Positions 24,380-34,472 of a DNA stretch of 64,000 nt are shown here, piece after piece (the first letter of the stretch is position 1; each line of letters begins with the position of its first letter). Under the pieces are notes generated by a model, which saw nothing but the letters and a program-made list of their open reading frames with translations, was not told where the DNA came from and did not search any database. Position numbers and translations under genes: made by a program. The stretch is from Escherichia coli (GTDB lineage: Bacteria > Pseudomonadota > Gammaproteobacteria > Enterobacterales > Enterobacteriaceae), in the NCBI RefSeq assembly GCF_022846255.1, contig NZ_AP025682.1; one strand, written 5' to 3'.

Positions 24380-25906
24380 TTATTCATCTCTCGCGGTTTT
24401 CTCTTCAGCCGCAAGCTGTGTCAAAAAACTCTTCAATAAAATAAACACTACGCCGCAAAGCGGTAGTCCGGCCAGGATAGAGACCGTTTGTAGCGGCTGC
24501 AAACTCTGCGCATCAAGAAGATAGAGTGTGATGGCGACGATTCCAGTCATAATCAACCAAAATGCCACGTTCCAGAATGCCGGTTCACTCTCACTATCTG
24601 CCCGTTTTTGCGTCGCAAAACCGAGGGCATAACCCACAGTACAGTGTCCGGTAATATATGAAATTAATGCTATAGCCCCAAAAGCAACCAAAAACACCTG
24701 ACTTGCGGGTAGCTGCTCCAGTAAACGAGAAACGACAACGCCTCGCCCTTGTTCGTTAAGTATGGGAACAAAATCGATGACATGAGTTGTCTGCAACGAT
24801 AAGCCGAAATTAGCCAGTACCATGTAAAAAAACATGCATCCCAATGAACCTGCCAGAGCTCCACATACAATCAATTGCCGGATCGTCCTTCCTTTTGAAA
24901 TACGGGCGATAAATAAACCGAATGGGATGGCATACACGACCCACCATGAAAAATAAAATACGGTCCACATCTGTGGAAATCCGCTACGACCAATAGCATC
25001 GGTACTTAAACTCATCGCTACAAAATTTTGCAGCATCAGGCCGAGACCATCAATTGATTGATTAAGTATAAATGCCGTTGGTCCACAAATCAGTATTGCA
25101 AGTAGCATCAAAATGTCAGCACGAATATTCCAGTTACTGGCCCATGCCACACCTTTTTTAAGTCCAAAAAAGAGAATGAATAATGGCACTAGCGTCCAGA
25201 TAAAAATAACCATGACATTGATAAACTGCCCGGCAGGATCCAGATGAAACACATGGCAAAATACGGCAGAAATCATCGGCGTTCCCAGCGCCAGAGACGT
25301 TACCGCGCCGCCGAGCAAACCAAACATGTAGAAAAAATTCACACAATGCCCGCAAAAACCATCCGCACGCGCTCCCAAACATCCACGACATAAATCACTG
25401 ACCTTTAATGAGTTTGTTTTCTTAACATGCATAAACCAACCAATAGGAACGGCACAAATCAGATACCACGCCCATGCGGACGGCCCCCAATGGAACATGC
25501 CATAAGCAGAGGCCCAACGAGCAGCCTGAGCGCTTCCTGCTGTTGCGCCAAAAGGCGGTTGCTGAATGATCCAAATCCACTCTACAGAGGCCAGATATAA
25601 CAAGCTGCCCCCCGTTCCAGAAGTAAAAATAAGTCCAAGCCAGGTTAACAAGCTGAAGTCAGGTTTTTCTCCCGACTGACCTAACAAGATATCGCCATAA
25701 CGTGAGAAGGCCAGCCACAGACAACAAAGTACAACCAGAAAAATCCCGCCCATTTCCCAGGTTAAAAAATGATGTATTTTATTTATATACCGGCTGGTAT
25801 CTTGTGGATATATCGTCAAACACAGAATGATTACCGCAATAAATAATATTGCTGGGATAAACACATTCAGTTCAATCAAAGAAAAGCGTTTTTTTAAATA
25901 TTGCAT
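24380..25906 (-). CDS. BCCT-family transporter (betaine/carnitine/choline type)
   Basis: Polytopic protein with a BCCT-like signature (WTVFYFSWWVVYAIPFGLFIARISKGRTIRQ). The start is placed at the internal ATG 25904-25906, which has an aggag SD; the track ORF extends to 26032. Confidence 0.7.
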   Translation of the reverse strand: MQYLKKRFSLIELNVFIPAILFIAVIILCLTIYPQDTSRYINKIHHFLTWEMGGIFLVVLCCLWLAFSRYGDILLGQSGEKPDFSLLTWLGLIFTSGTGGSLLYLASVEWIWIIQQPPFGATAGSAQAARWASAYGMFHWGPSAWAWYLICAVPIGWFMHVKKTNSLKVSDLCRGCLGARADGFCGHCVNFFYMFGLLGGAVTSLALGTPMISAVFCHVFHLDPAGQFINVMVIFIWTLVPLFILFFGLKKGVAWASNWNIRADILMLLAILICGPTAFILNQSIDGLGLMLQNFVAMSLSTDAIGRSGFPQMWTVFYFSWWVVYAIPFGLFIARISKGRTIRQLIVCGALAGSLGCMFFYMVLANFGLSLQTTHVIDFVPILNEQGRGVVVSRLLEQLPASQVFLVAFGAIALISYITGHCTVGYALGFATQKRADSESEPAFWNVAFWLIMTGIVAITLYLLDAQSLQPLQTVSILAGLPLCGVVFILLKSFLTQLAAEEKTARDE

Positions 25907-25929
25907 TTCAGTCTCCTGAATGTTTTCAT

Positions 25930-26154
25930 TCAATGAGGACGAATATTTCGCCGTTCCTTTTTCATGTGTTGCAATTGTCGGGAAAGGCGTAAAGAAAAAA
26001 AGGCGCAAATAAGTGAAAGAGCCGCAATACAATACAGAGCTAAACCACGCTGATGCTGTTGCAGCATGAACAGGAATATCCCCAAAAAGAGGCCGCAGAG
26101 AACTGTGGTTATCCAGTAATTGGCACTTAAGTGCTCCAGGTCATCATCCCTCAT
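25930..26154 (-). CDS. Small 2-TM membrane protein (74 aa) immediately upstream of the BCCT transporter gene
   Basis: ATG at 26152-26154 (reverse strand) preceded by aggaga; stop 23 nt before the BCCT start; two hydrophobic helices. Codon-by-codon reading places this ORF on the minus strand although the supplied track labels it +. Confidence 0.5.
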   Translation of the reverse strand: MRDDDLEHLSANYWITTVLCGLFLGIFLFMLQQHQRGLALYCIAALSLICAFFSLRLSRQLQHMKKERRNIRPH

Positions 26155-26206
26155 GGTCTTTCTCCTGCAAGGCGCAGACAGGCTTTCAGCTCTCTGCGCC
26201 TTGTTG

Positions 26207-27601
26207 TTATGCCAGACGTACGCCCTGCTGTTGCAGCGTGTTTTGCAAATCAGGGATAGCAACCTGACGCACGGTGCAATTTTGCTGTAGCGAAACCACG
26301 GCGGCAGTACCTGCGGCCTCACCGGTAACGGCACAACACATCATGTTACGCATAGAAGTATGTGCAACTACGCCTGCGGAAATACAGCGACCGGCGACCA
26401 AAAGGTTCTCCACTTTTTGCGGCACCAGACAACCATAAGGGATCTGAAAGAAACGCCCGGTCGTTGGCAAAATGAGATAACCGGAACCATCAATAAATTC
26501 CGGGAAAATCCCTACACTGTCCGAACAACGCCCCTGATTAAGGACGTAATCATCAGCAATACGTATTTCCCCCTCAATAAGCCGTGATTCACGCGTCCCC
26601 AGCGTGGCACCAAAATTGCGTAACCGTACATTTTCAAAGCCCGGAACATAATGGCGTAGAGCGTCAATTGCCCATAATGCTTGCTGCCTTCCGGCAATCT
26701 CAGCTTTGGTTAAATCGAAGACATCGGTACAGTCAAAACCAAAGGCGTACACCATATTCATCTGGAAAGCCTCACCGCTTTCAGAAAAGGTCGACCAGGT
26801 TCCGGCAATCGCCTGGGCGTCACCTGGAATCACACCATCCTGTTGCGCGCGGGTAAAAATATCCTCCATATACGGGCTAAACATCGGGTCTTCTTTACCC
26901 GTGGTTTGAATCGTCCAGTTTTTGCCCCAATCCGCGTAGGTCGGCTTAAGTTCTTCCGCAACAAAACGGTTAAAGCGTGCCACATCAACACCTGCGCAAC
27001 TGAACATCACGGTGACGCCCATCAGTTGGTCCTTGCTCCGTTTCGTCCAGGGCGCGCCTGCACGAGCGGCAATATCAGCATCCCCCGTGCAATCGACGAT
27101 TCTTTTCGCCAGAATTGCCCCTCGACCTGATTTATTCTCGACGATAACACCGCATAACGTATTCCCGTCCTTGATCACGTCCACAACCCAGGAGTGATAT
27201 AACGGCTCAACGCCAGATTCCGTAATCATCTGATCGGCGACAACTTTAAATCCTTCAGTATCTATAACTTCGCTAATTGACTGAGGTTCTGGTCGTGTGA
27301 AGCCCAATGCTCGCGCGCGGCCTTCATATTCACGACAAATCCCTTCACAATCTTCCGTCCCCGGATGGCGATACCAGGCAAAACTTTCCACACCAACCTG
27401 CGTCAATACGCCGCCTAGTGAGCCGTAACGCTCAACAATCATGGTTCTGGCACCTAGCCGCCCCGCCGCTATCGCCGCCGTTAATCCTGCCGGACCGCCC
27501 CCGATAACCAGAACGTCCGTTTGTGCAATGACTGGCGTTTGCCGTGCACTTTCATTAATCATGTCCACCATTGGTTCCCCCGTCAGATTCAGGATGCGCA
27601 A
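26207..27601 (-). CDS. FAD-dependent oxidoreductase, paralogue B
   Basis: N-terminal VLVIGGGPAGLTAA FAD-binding motif; paralogue of 15683..17053. The start may be one of the downstream in-frame ATGs, because 27589..27601 overlaps the MFS gene. Confidence 0.8.
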   Translation of the reverse strand: MRILNLTGEPMVDMINESARQTPVIAQTDVLVIGGGPAGLTAAIAAGRLGARTMIVERYGSLGGVLTQVGVESFAWYRHPGTEDCEGICREYEGRARALGFTRPEPQSISEVIDTEGFKVVADQMITESGVEPLYHSWVVDVIKDGNTLCGVIVENKSGRGAILAKRIVDCTGDADIAARAGAPWTKRSKDQLMGVTVMFSCAGVDVARFNRFVAEELKPTYADWGKNWTIQTTGKEDPMFSPYMEDIFTRAQQDGVIPGDAQAIAGTWSTFSESGEAFQMNMVYAFGFDCTDVFDLTKAEIAGRQQALWAIDALRHYVPGFENVRLRNFGATLGTRESRLIEGEIRIADDYVLNQGRCSDSVGIFPEFIDGSGYLILPTTGRFFQIPYGCLVPQKVENLLVAGRCISAGVVAHTSMRNMMCCAVTGEAAGTAAVVSLQQNCTVRQVAIPDLQNTLQQQGVRLA

Positions 27602-28857
27602 TCCGCATTGTTTTGAGTGATTTCATTGACTTGATTTTTACTTTTACGATTCACACGCTGGAGGACCAGTGCGGCGATAAGGCCGATGAATGCGCAAACC
27701 AACATGAACAGGAAAACATCCTGATAACCGGCAATACCCGGTTTGCGGTCGACCATATTGCCCACCATCGTGTAGCAGTAGATTTCCGGGAAATAGGTCA
27801 GTAAAGAGATCAGACCCGCAGCAGTCCCTGTGACTTTTGCCGGGATCCGAACCTCATCAATAATTGAGAAGAACACGGCATTCGCAGAGTAAATAAACAC
27901 GCCCAACGCAACCATATTCGCCAGCGCAATAGTGACGTAGCGCGACTCACCGGGCAGGAAGAAATAAACGGTAGTAAAGACAATCATGCCGATAAAGGCG
28001 TAAATCATAAAACGCGTGCGTGACGCACAGCGGTCGGCCAGTTGTCCGCCAATTAATCCCCCCATCGCAAATAACACATAGGCGCGAAGAATACTGGCAA
28101 CTGCCACTTCCGATTCGCCCATATGCAGGATCTGCGTGAGATACGGCGTGACCATGCCAAAGCCGATATAAATTGACCACATACAAAAGGTCACAACACC
28201 TGCCAGCCAAACCGTCGGCATTTTCAGCACGAATGCCATATCTGCCAGACGGAAATTCGCTTTATCTTCGCTGTGCGTTTCATCCTGACAAACAAACCAG
28301 GCTAAAACACCGGCCAGAATAGTCACTACGGAATAAAAAATAATTGTCGCCCGTAAACCATCAACACCTTCGCCAAATTTGGCAAATACCGGCACGGAAA
28401 GAAATCCCAGTACAATGGAGGTTAATCCCTTACCCAGAAACCAGTAACCGTATAAGCGACCTTGTTCTTCGCTGGTTCCCAGGGTACGAATAATTCGCAC
28501 ACACACGGCCCAAAACGTAAATACGGTTGTAACAGCCCAAAGTGCATGTAACAAACAGATCATGGTATACGAGGGGAAGGTCGCATAATAAAAACCACTT
28601 ATCCCGGTGGAAATTAATGAAAAGGTCATTAATTTACGTGCAGAAAATCTATCGGCAGCCCAACCGCCAGGTAGATATAATAAAAAGTTCACCAGACCAT
28701 AGGCTGTCATTAGAAAACCAAGTTCAGCATTAGTCGCTCCTGTAGCCTGCTGCATCGCGTCGTAATAGGTTTCCCGTAAATAAGGCAATTTATATATTGC
28801 ACTTCCGGCAATACCACATAACGCCAGCGTGATCCAACGTTTCCAGTTACTGGTCAT
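27589..28857 (-). CDS. MFS transporter
   Basis: 422-aa 12-TM-type protein; first transporter of the gldA-like / MFS / FAD-oxidoreductase / BCCT minus-strand gene string. Confidence 0.75.
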   Translation of the reverse strand: MTSNWKRWITLALCGIAGSAIYKLPYLRETYYDAMQQATGATNAELGFLMTAYGLVNFLLYLPGGWAADRFSARKLMTFSLISTGISGFYYATFPSYTMICLLHALWAVTTVFTFWAVCVRIIRTLGTSEEQGRLYGYWFLGKGLTSIVLGFLSVPVFAKFGEGVDGLRATIIFYSVVTILAGVLAWFVCQDETHSEDKANFRLADMAFVLKMPTVWLAGVVTFCMWSIYIGFGMVTPYLTQILHMGESEVAVASILRAYVLFAMGGLIGGQLADRCASRTRFMIYAFIGMIVFTTVYFFLPGESRYVTIALANMVALGVFIYSANAVFFSIIDEVRIPAKVTGTAAGLISLLTYFPEIYCYTMVGNMVDRKPGIAGYQDVFLFMLVCAFIGLIAALVLQRVNRKSKNQVNEITQNNADCAS

Positions 28858-28922
28858 ATTTATTCCCGAATGAAGTATTTAAAATGACACCAACGGCCTG
28901 CTTTGCACAGGCCGTATTATTT

Positions 28923-30005
28923 TTAAAGTCCCAAATGATGTGCAGTTAAAATTGCACAAAGAACGTCCTGCGCTGTTACTACGAATGGCATATTATGGAT
29001 AGTTTCCCCTTCAGCAGTCGCGGCTTTAGCCACTGCCCGTAATTTATCTTTATTAATTTCCTTCACGCCTAACATATGAAGATTTGTCGGCAAGCCAACG
29101 CTATGGCAGAAATTGAGTACGGTTTCAATTTCCTCCTGTGGTGCGTTTTCCAGTACGAGCTGTACCAGGACGCCAAATGCCACTTTTTCACCGTGGTAGC
29201 AATGATGGCATTCCTCCAGTTGCGTCATGCCGTTATGAATGGCATGAGCTGCCGCCAGGCCGCTACTTTCAAATCCAATGCCGCTAAGATAGGTATTAGC
29301 TTCGATAATATTCTCTACCGCTTTGGTGCTAACACCTTGTTCAACCGCGACTTTTGCCTTATAGCCATCTTCCAGTAGCGTGGTATAACAGAGTCGGGCA
29401 ATAGCCAGTGCCGCCAGTGTCGACGCCCCACCTGCCATTGTGGCTTTTCCTGACGCCTGATTGGCTCTCGCCTCAAACCAGGTTGACAATGCATCTCCCA
29501 TACCGGCCACCAGCAGACGCACTGGCGCGGCTGAAATGACGCCAGTATCCATAATCACCATATCCGGGTTTTTCGGGAAAAACAGATATTCGCTAAACTG
29601 ACCTTCCGGGGTGTAAATTACCGCCAGAGAACTGGTTGGCGCATCTGTGGAAGCAATTGTCGGCACCACCACCACCGGAATTTTTTGGTAATACGCTACG
29701 GCTTTTGCCGTATCCAACGTTTTACCGCCGCCAATACCAATAACGACATTATATTTACGCTGATTAAATTTCTCACGAATTCGAGAAATTTCATTTTGCG
29801 AGCATTCACCACAAAAGATATCAAAATCTGCAGTAATATTTTCTTTTGCAAAGCTCTGGCTTACTCTGTCACCCACCAGACCGGTCACAAATTCATCTGC
29901 AATAATTAATGGTTCTGTTCCCAAACTCGCCGCATATGTAGCAATATTATCCAGAGAACCATTTCCCTGGATATATTTAGCCGGACTTATAATAATCTTA
30001 TCCAT
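28923..30005 (-). CDS. gldA: Glycerol dehydrogenase-like iron-containing/group III polyol dehydrogenase
   Basis: 360 aa with GldA/DhaD-family motifs (GGGKTLDTAKA, metal-binding His cluster); divergent from dhaKLM. Symbol denotes a paralogue. Confidence 0.75.
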   Translation of the reverse strand: MDKIIISPAKYIQGNGSLDNIATYAASLGTEPLIIADEFVTGLVGDRVSQSFAKENITADFDIFCGECSQNEISRIREKFNQRKYNVVIGIGGGKTLDTAKAVAYYQKIPVVVVPTIASTDAPTSSLAVIYTPEGQFSEYLFFPKNPDMVIMDTGVISAAPVRLLVAGMGDALSTWFEARANQASGKATMAGGASTLAALAIARLCYTTLLEDGYKAKVAVEQGVSTKAVENIIEANTYLSGIGFESSGLAAAHAIHNGMTQLEECHHCYHGEKVAFGVLVQLVLENAPQEEIETVLNFCHSVGLPTNLHMLGVKEINKDKLRAVAKAATAEGETIHNMPFVVTAQDVLCAILTAHHLGL

Positions 30006-30324
30006 ATCATTCCTCGCGTAACTTGTTTTGCTTCACTGTTAACCTACTCGTTGCATCCAGTAGCGGCAAACATTTCATTCGCGAAAAATTATGTTTTATG
30101 ATCGCGCTGTAAAAAACATCATCTGCAGATGATAATAAAAAACACTTTTCATGCCTTAATCACAATATATCAATATCCACGCTGGTCCCATTTCATTTTG
30201 GAACAACACAATGAATTAACTGTTTCATTATGAATCTTATTATCGTGCGATTTGTTTTATTGCGGCTGGAGAATTAATCTCGCAAGCATATTTAGCGCGA
30301 TTTACGTAATTTATCAGAACAGGA

Positions 30325-31395
30325 ATGACTATGAAGAAATTAATTAACCAGATTGATTCTGTTGTCACAGAACAAATGGAAGGACTCATCGCCACCTGGC
30401 CACACCTGCAGGCAAATTACGCGCCCCGATATGTGTGGTGCAAACAAACCGATAATGCAGTGGCGCTGATTTCAGGCGGCGGCTCAGGCCATGAACCACT
30501 GCATGCAGGTTTTGTCGGTATGGGAATGTTAACCGGTGCATGTCCTGGTGAAATCTTCACATCGCCCACACCAGATCAAATGATCGAATGTGCCAAAGCG
30601 GTTGATAATGGTTCTGGCGTTCTGTTTTTCATCAAAAATTACACTGGCGATATTCTGAATTTCGAAACGGCAGTCGAGATGTTACACGAAGAAGGCATCG
30701 CCGTTGGGACCGTCATTATTGATGATGATGTAGCGGTAAAAGATAGCCTGTATACAGCCGGACGTCGCGGTGTTGCGGGTACAGTTTTTGTTGAAAAGAT
30801 TGTCGGTGCGGCTGCACTTCAGGGATATAACCTGGGGCAGTGCGAGCAACTTGGCAAAGATGTTAACAATGCCACCCGTTCTTTTGGCATCGCACTGTCA
30901 GCCTGTACGGTTCCCGCCGCGGGAAAACCCTCATTTGAACTGGCTGATAATGAAATCGAATTTGGTGTCGGGATCCACGGTGAACCCGGCATTGAACGCC
31001 GCACTTTGCAAGATCTGAACACTTTAATCGACAGCGTGATAGCGCAATTACTGGATAATACCCCCTGGCGACGCACATTACGCCATTGGGATCGCCATGC
31101 GGGGGGATGGATTGACGCATCATCAATGAATGAGTCATTCGATCAAAATGCCGAATATATTGTGTTAATTAACGGACTTGGCAGCACGCCTGAATCAGAG
31201 TTATATGGTGTAGCCAGGGTATTTATGTGCGCCGCACAGCGCCAGGGAATTAAAATTAGCCGCCAGTTGGTCGGTAATTATTGTACATCATTAGATATGG
31301 CCGGATTTTCCATTAGCCTGCTGAAATGTACCCCAGAGTTTTTGCAACTTTGGGATGCCCCGGTCAATACGCCAGCGCTTCGTTGGGGATGTTAA
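30325..31395 (+). CDS. dhaK: Dihydroxyacetone kinase, substrate-binding subunit DhaK
   Basis: 356-aa DhaK-family protein (GGGSGHEP motif). Confidence 0.8.
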   Translation: MTMKKLINQIDSVVTEQMEGLIATWPHLQANYAPRYVWCKQTDNAVALISGGGSGHEPLHAGFVGMGMLTGACPGEIFTSPTPDQMIECAKAVDNGSGVLFFIKNYTGDILNFETAVEMLHEEGIAVGTVIIDDDVAVKDSLYTAGRRGVAGTVFVEKIVGAAALQGYNLGQCEQLGKDVNNATRSFGIALSACTVPAAGKPSFELADNEIEFGVGIHGEPGIERRTLQDLNTLIDSVIAQLLDNTPWRRTLRHWDRHAGGWIDASSMNESFDQNAEYIVLINGLGSTPESELYGVARVFMCAAQRQGIKISRQLVGNYCTSLDMAGFSISLLKCTPEFLQLWDAPVNTPALRWGC

Positions 31396-31407
31396 TAAGG
31401 ACATTAT

Positions 31408-32040
31408 ATGAAAATTCAAAACAAACATGTTATTGCCTGGCTGGAGAGTTGTGCTGCACATCTTACTGAACAACAAGATTTTCTAACCGCACTTGACAGA
31501 GATATTGGTGATGCCGACCACGGCCTCAATATGAATCGTGGTTTCAGTGCCGTGAAAGCGACGTTGCCCGACATTGAACGTCAGCATATTGGCAATATCC
31601 TTAAAAATACTGGCATGAAACTACTTTCCAGCGTTGGCGGTGCCAGTGGTCCTCTTTACGGCACATTATTTATTCGCGCTTCTGCGGCAGTGGGAGCCAG
31701 AACAGAATTAAGTCTGGAAGAGTGGCTGGCGTGTCTGGAAGAAGGGATTGCAGGCGTTATCGCACGAGGAAAAGCAGAACAAGGGGATAAAACACTGTGT
31801 GATGTCTGGGTTCCAGTCCTCCACGAAGCCAAAAAGAACCTGCAAGCCGGAATGTCGCCTTCCCTTCTGCTGAATACGATGGTGCAAGATGCGGCAACAG
31901 CCGTCGATAACACCATCAATATGCAGGCGAAAAAAGGACGTGCCAGTTATCTCGGCGCTCGCAGTGTGGGCCATCAGGATCCAGGCGCGACCTCCTCCTG
32001 GCTGATGATTAAGGCTATGCAGGAAGGATTCGCGGGATAA
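31408..32040 (+). CDS. dhaL: Dihydroxyacetone kinase, ADP-binding subunit DhaL
   Basis: 210-aa DhaL-family protein (DRDIGDADHG motif). Confidence 0.8.
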   Translation: MKIQNKHVIAWLESCAAHLTEQQDFLTALDRDIGDADHGLNMNRGFSAVKATLPDIERQHIGNILKNTGMKLLSSVGGASGPLYGTLFIRASAAVGARTELSLEEWLACLEEGIAGVIARGKAEQGDKTLCDVWVPVLHEAKKNLQAGMSPSLLLNTMVQDAATAVDNTINMQAKKGRASYLGARSVGHQDPGATSSWLMIKAMQEGFAG

Positions 32041-32043
32041 ATT

Positions 32044-34425
32044 ATGGTTGCCATTGTTATTGTTTCTCATAGTCTACGTCTCGCCCAGGGGATTGAGGAA
32101 TTAGCACTACAGATGTCTGGAGGGGACGTTCCTCTGGCCATTGCTGCAGGTATTGATGATCCGCAACATCCGATTGGCACTGATGCTATTGCCATTATGT
32201 CTGCGATTGAATCGGTCTGGTCACCGGATGGCGTTCTGGTACTCATGGATATGGGCAGTGCGCTGCTTAGTACCGAGATGGCGCTGGAGCTGCTTTCTGA
32301 AGAGCAAAGAAGTGCAATTTATCTGCTCGCCGCCCCTGTAGTGGAAGGTGCCATGTCAGCGGTAACGTCTGCCGCAGCGGGGCTTTCGGTGACGGAGATT
32401 ATCGCTGAAGTGGATCTTGCGCTGTGCGCTAAACAGCAGCAGCTCATGCCATCCCCGCCTGCAGGCGAGGTTATTCCAGCAATATCACCAGTCAATCATT
32501 CCGGTGAATGGCAAACTTTTTGCTGGACGATATGTAATCCCCACGGCATTCATGCTCGTCCGGCAGCCAGCATCCTGAAAGTATCAGCACAATATTCGGC
32601 AAACATTATCGTCATCAAAGGCGATAAACGCGCCAGCACCCGCAGTCTCAACGAACTGGCAATGCTGGGCGTCCGCTGTGGCGATGAAATCATCTTCCAG
32701 GCCGAAGGCACCGATGCCAGTGACGCTCTCAAGGCAATTGAAACGTTGGCGAAAAATCATTTTGGTGAAGCTCACCTGCTCGCTTCTTCAGAGATTCCGC
32801 TAACGGAAACGCCGGTGGTCAGCGCCCCTGTCGATGGCGCAATATCAGGCTTGTCAGTACAAAATGGTATCGCTATTGGTCCTGTTAAATGGTTTACCTG
32901 CGAACGACCAGAAATTACGCAGCGCACCGTCGATTCTCCGCAAGAAGAGCTGTCGCGAATCGAGTCTGCTATCGACATTGTTGTTTGTGAACTTGCCGAT
33001 AAAGCGGCAGGCCCTGAAGGCGATATTTTTGCCGCCCATAAAATGATGCTTGAAGATCCAGAGATTAACCGGCAATTACAGCAACGTCTGGCAAAGGGCA
33101 AACAGGCGGAATTCGCATGGTTAGAAGTCATGCAGGCATTAGCAGAGCAATATTGTCAGGCGGAAACACTGTATTTACGTGAACGCGAGGCAGATATCCG
33201 TGACCTTACACGTCAGGTACTGAACCAGCTTTGCGGGGTAAGTGAACAACACTTTATCACTACCGCGCCCTGCATTTTGTTAGCCAACGATCTGTTGCCA
33301 TCACAGATAACCAGCCTGAATAAAGCACACATTCTTGGCATTTGTCTTCATAACGGCGGAACAACTTCACATACAGCGATCCTTGCCAGAGCAATGGGAA
33401 TCCCCGCTATTGTGAAAGCGGCGATTACCCCGCAAAACGTCCGCGATAACGACACGGTCATTCTTGATGGTGAAACAGGCCGTTTGTGGCTACAGCCGGA
33501 TGAGGTCACCCGCCTGGATTTACTGCAACGCGCCGAAGCATGGCGGCAACAAAGGGATCGTCAGTTAGCTGATGCCATGCTGCCCGCTGTCACGCAAGGT
33601 GGGCGTAAAATCAGCGTGCTGGCGAATATTGGTGATCTGCAAGACATTGATGCCGCACTGTCTCACGGCGCTGAGGGCGTTGGCTTGCTGCGTACCGAGT
33701 TTTTATTCCACGATTCTGCGACATTACCTGATGAGGAAGAGCAGTTCCGTGTGTATTGTTCTGTCGCCCGAGTTTTTGGCGACAAACCAGTCACGATCCG
33801 GACTCTGGACATTGGTGGTGATAAACCGCTACCTTCATACCCTTTACCCACAGAGGACAACCCCTTCCTGGGACTTCGAGGTATCCGGTTGTGTCTGGCG
33901 CATCCACAAATATTTATTCCTCAATTGCGCGCACTTATCAGGGCCGGGAAAGAATACCCAACGTTGCAAATTATGCTGCCGATGGTTTCAACGCTCGAGG
34001 AGGTCAGGGCCGTCAAAACATTGATACATGCTCAGGCAAAACTGCTGGAACTTACTGCAGAAAATCTTCCGGCGCTGGGAATTATGATTGAGGTTCCTGC
34101 CGCAGTCATGATTGCAGACAAATTAGCCAGTGAAGTCGATTTCTTTTCCATCGGCACCAACGATCTGACGCAATATATTATGGCGGCAGACAGAGGAAAT
34201 AGCACCGTCGCGAAACTGGTCGATTATTGTAATGACGCGGTGATTAACGCTATTGCTATGGTGTGTCAGGCCGGACGTAATAATGAAATTCCGGTCAGTA
34301 TGTGCGGCGAAATGGCTGGAGATATCCAGCAAACAGCACGACTGCTCACCATGGGGATTGATAAGCTCAGTGCCAGTCCATCCCGGCTTCCGGCCTTGAA
34401 AGCAGCAATCAGAATCTCCCACTAA
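32044..34425 (+). CDS. dhaM: Multiphosphoryl transfer protein: DhaM-like EIIA + HPr + full-length PTS Enzyme I fusion
   Basis: N-terminal DhaM/EIIA-Man-like segment (IVSHS...GIDDPQHPIGTDA...MDMGSALLS), HPr-like segment (GIHARPAA), and a complete EI domain. From memory, K-12 DhaM carries a truncated EI domain. Confidence 0.75.
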   Translation: MVAIVIVSHSLRLAQGIEELALQMSGGDVPLAIAAGIDDPQHPIGTDAIAIMSAIESVWSPDGVLVLMDMGSALLSTEMALELLSEEQRSAIYLLAAPVVEGAMSAVTSAAAGLSVTEIIAEVDLALCAKQQQLMPSPPAGEVIPAISPVNHSGEWQTFCWTICNPHGIHARPAASILKVSAQYSANIIVIKGDKRASTRSLNELAMLGVRCGDEIIFQAEGTDASDALKAIETLAKNHFGEAHLLASSEIPLTETPVVSAPVDGAISGLSVQNGIAIGPVKWFTCERPEITQRTVDSPQEELSRIESAIDIVVCELADKAAGPEGDIFAAHKMMLEDPEINRQLQQRLAKGKQAEFAWLEVMQALAEQYCQAETLYLREREADIRDLTRQVLNQLCGVSEQHFITTAPCILLANDLLPSQITSLNKAHILGICLHNGGTTSHTAILARAMGIPAIVKAAITPQNVRDNDTVILDGETGRLWLQPDEVTRLDLLQRAEAWRQQRDRQLADAMLPAVTQGGRKISVLANIGDLQDIDAALSHGAEGVGLLRTEFLFHDSATLPDEEEQFRVYCSVARVFGDKPVTIRTLDIGGDKPLPSYPLPTEDNPFLGLRGIRLCLAHPQIFIPQLRALIRAGKEYPTLQIMLPMVSTLEEVRAVKTLIHAQAKLLELTAENLPALGIMIEVPAAVMIADKLASEVDFFSIGTNDLTQYIMAADRGNSTVAKLVDYCNDAVINAIAMVCQAGRNNEIPVSMCGEMAGDIQQTARLLTMGIDKLSASPSRLPALKAAIRISH

Positions 34426-34434
34426 TTGTGACCT

Positions 34435-34463
34435 AACGCGATACGTCTTGCGCGTATCGCGTT
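34435..34463. terminator. 11-bp stem hairpin (aacgcgatacg / cgtatcgcgtt) between the convergent dhaM-like and iraD genes
   Basis: Perfect inverted repeat 10 nt after the dhaM-like stop, followed by ttt; plausible factor-independent terminator. Confidence 0.45.
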
Positions 34464-34472
34464 TCCCGTCAT

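Noticed and set aside
14179-34472. Interpretation of the island as an integrative mobile element or prophage
   Set aside because: No integrase, transposase, tRNA target or flanking direct repeats were found; the content is purely metabolic and regulatory.
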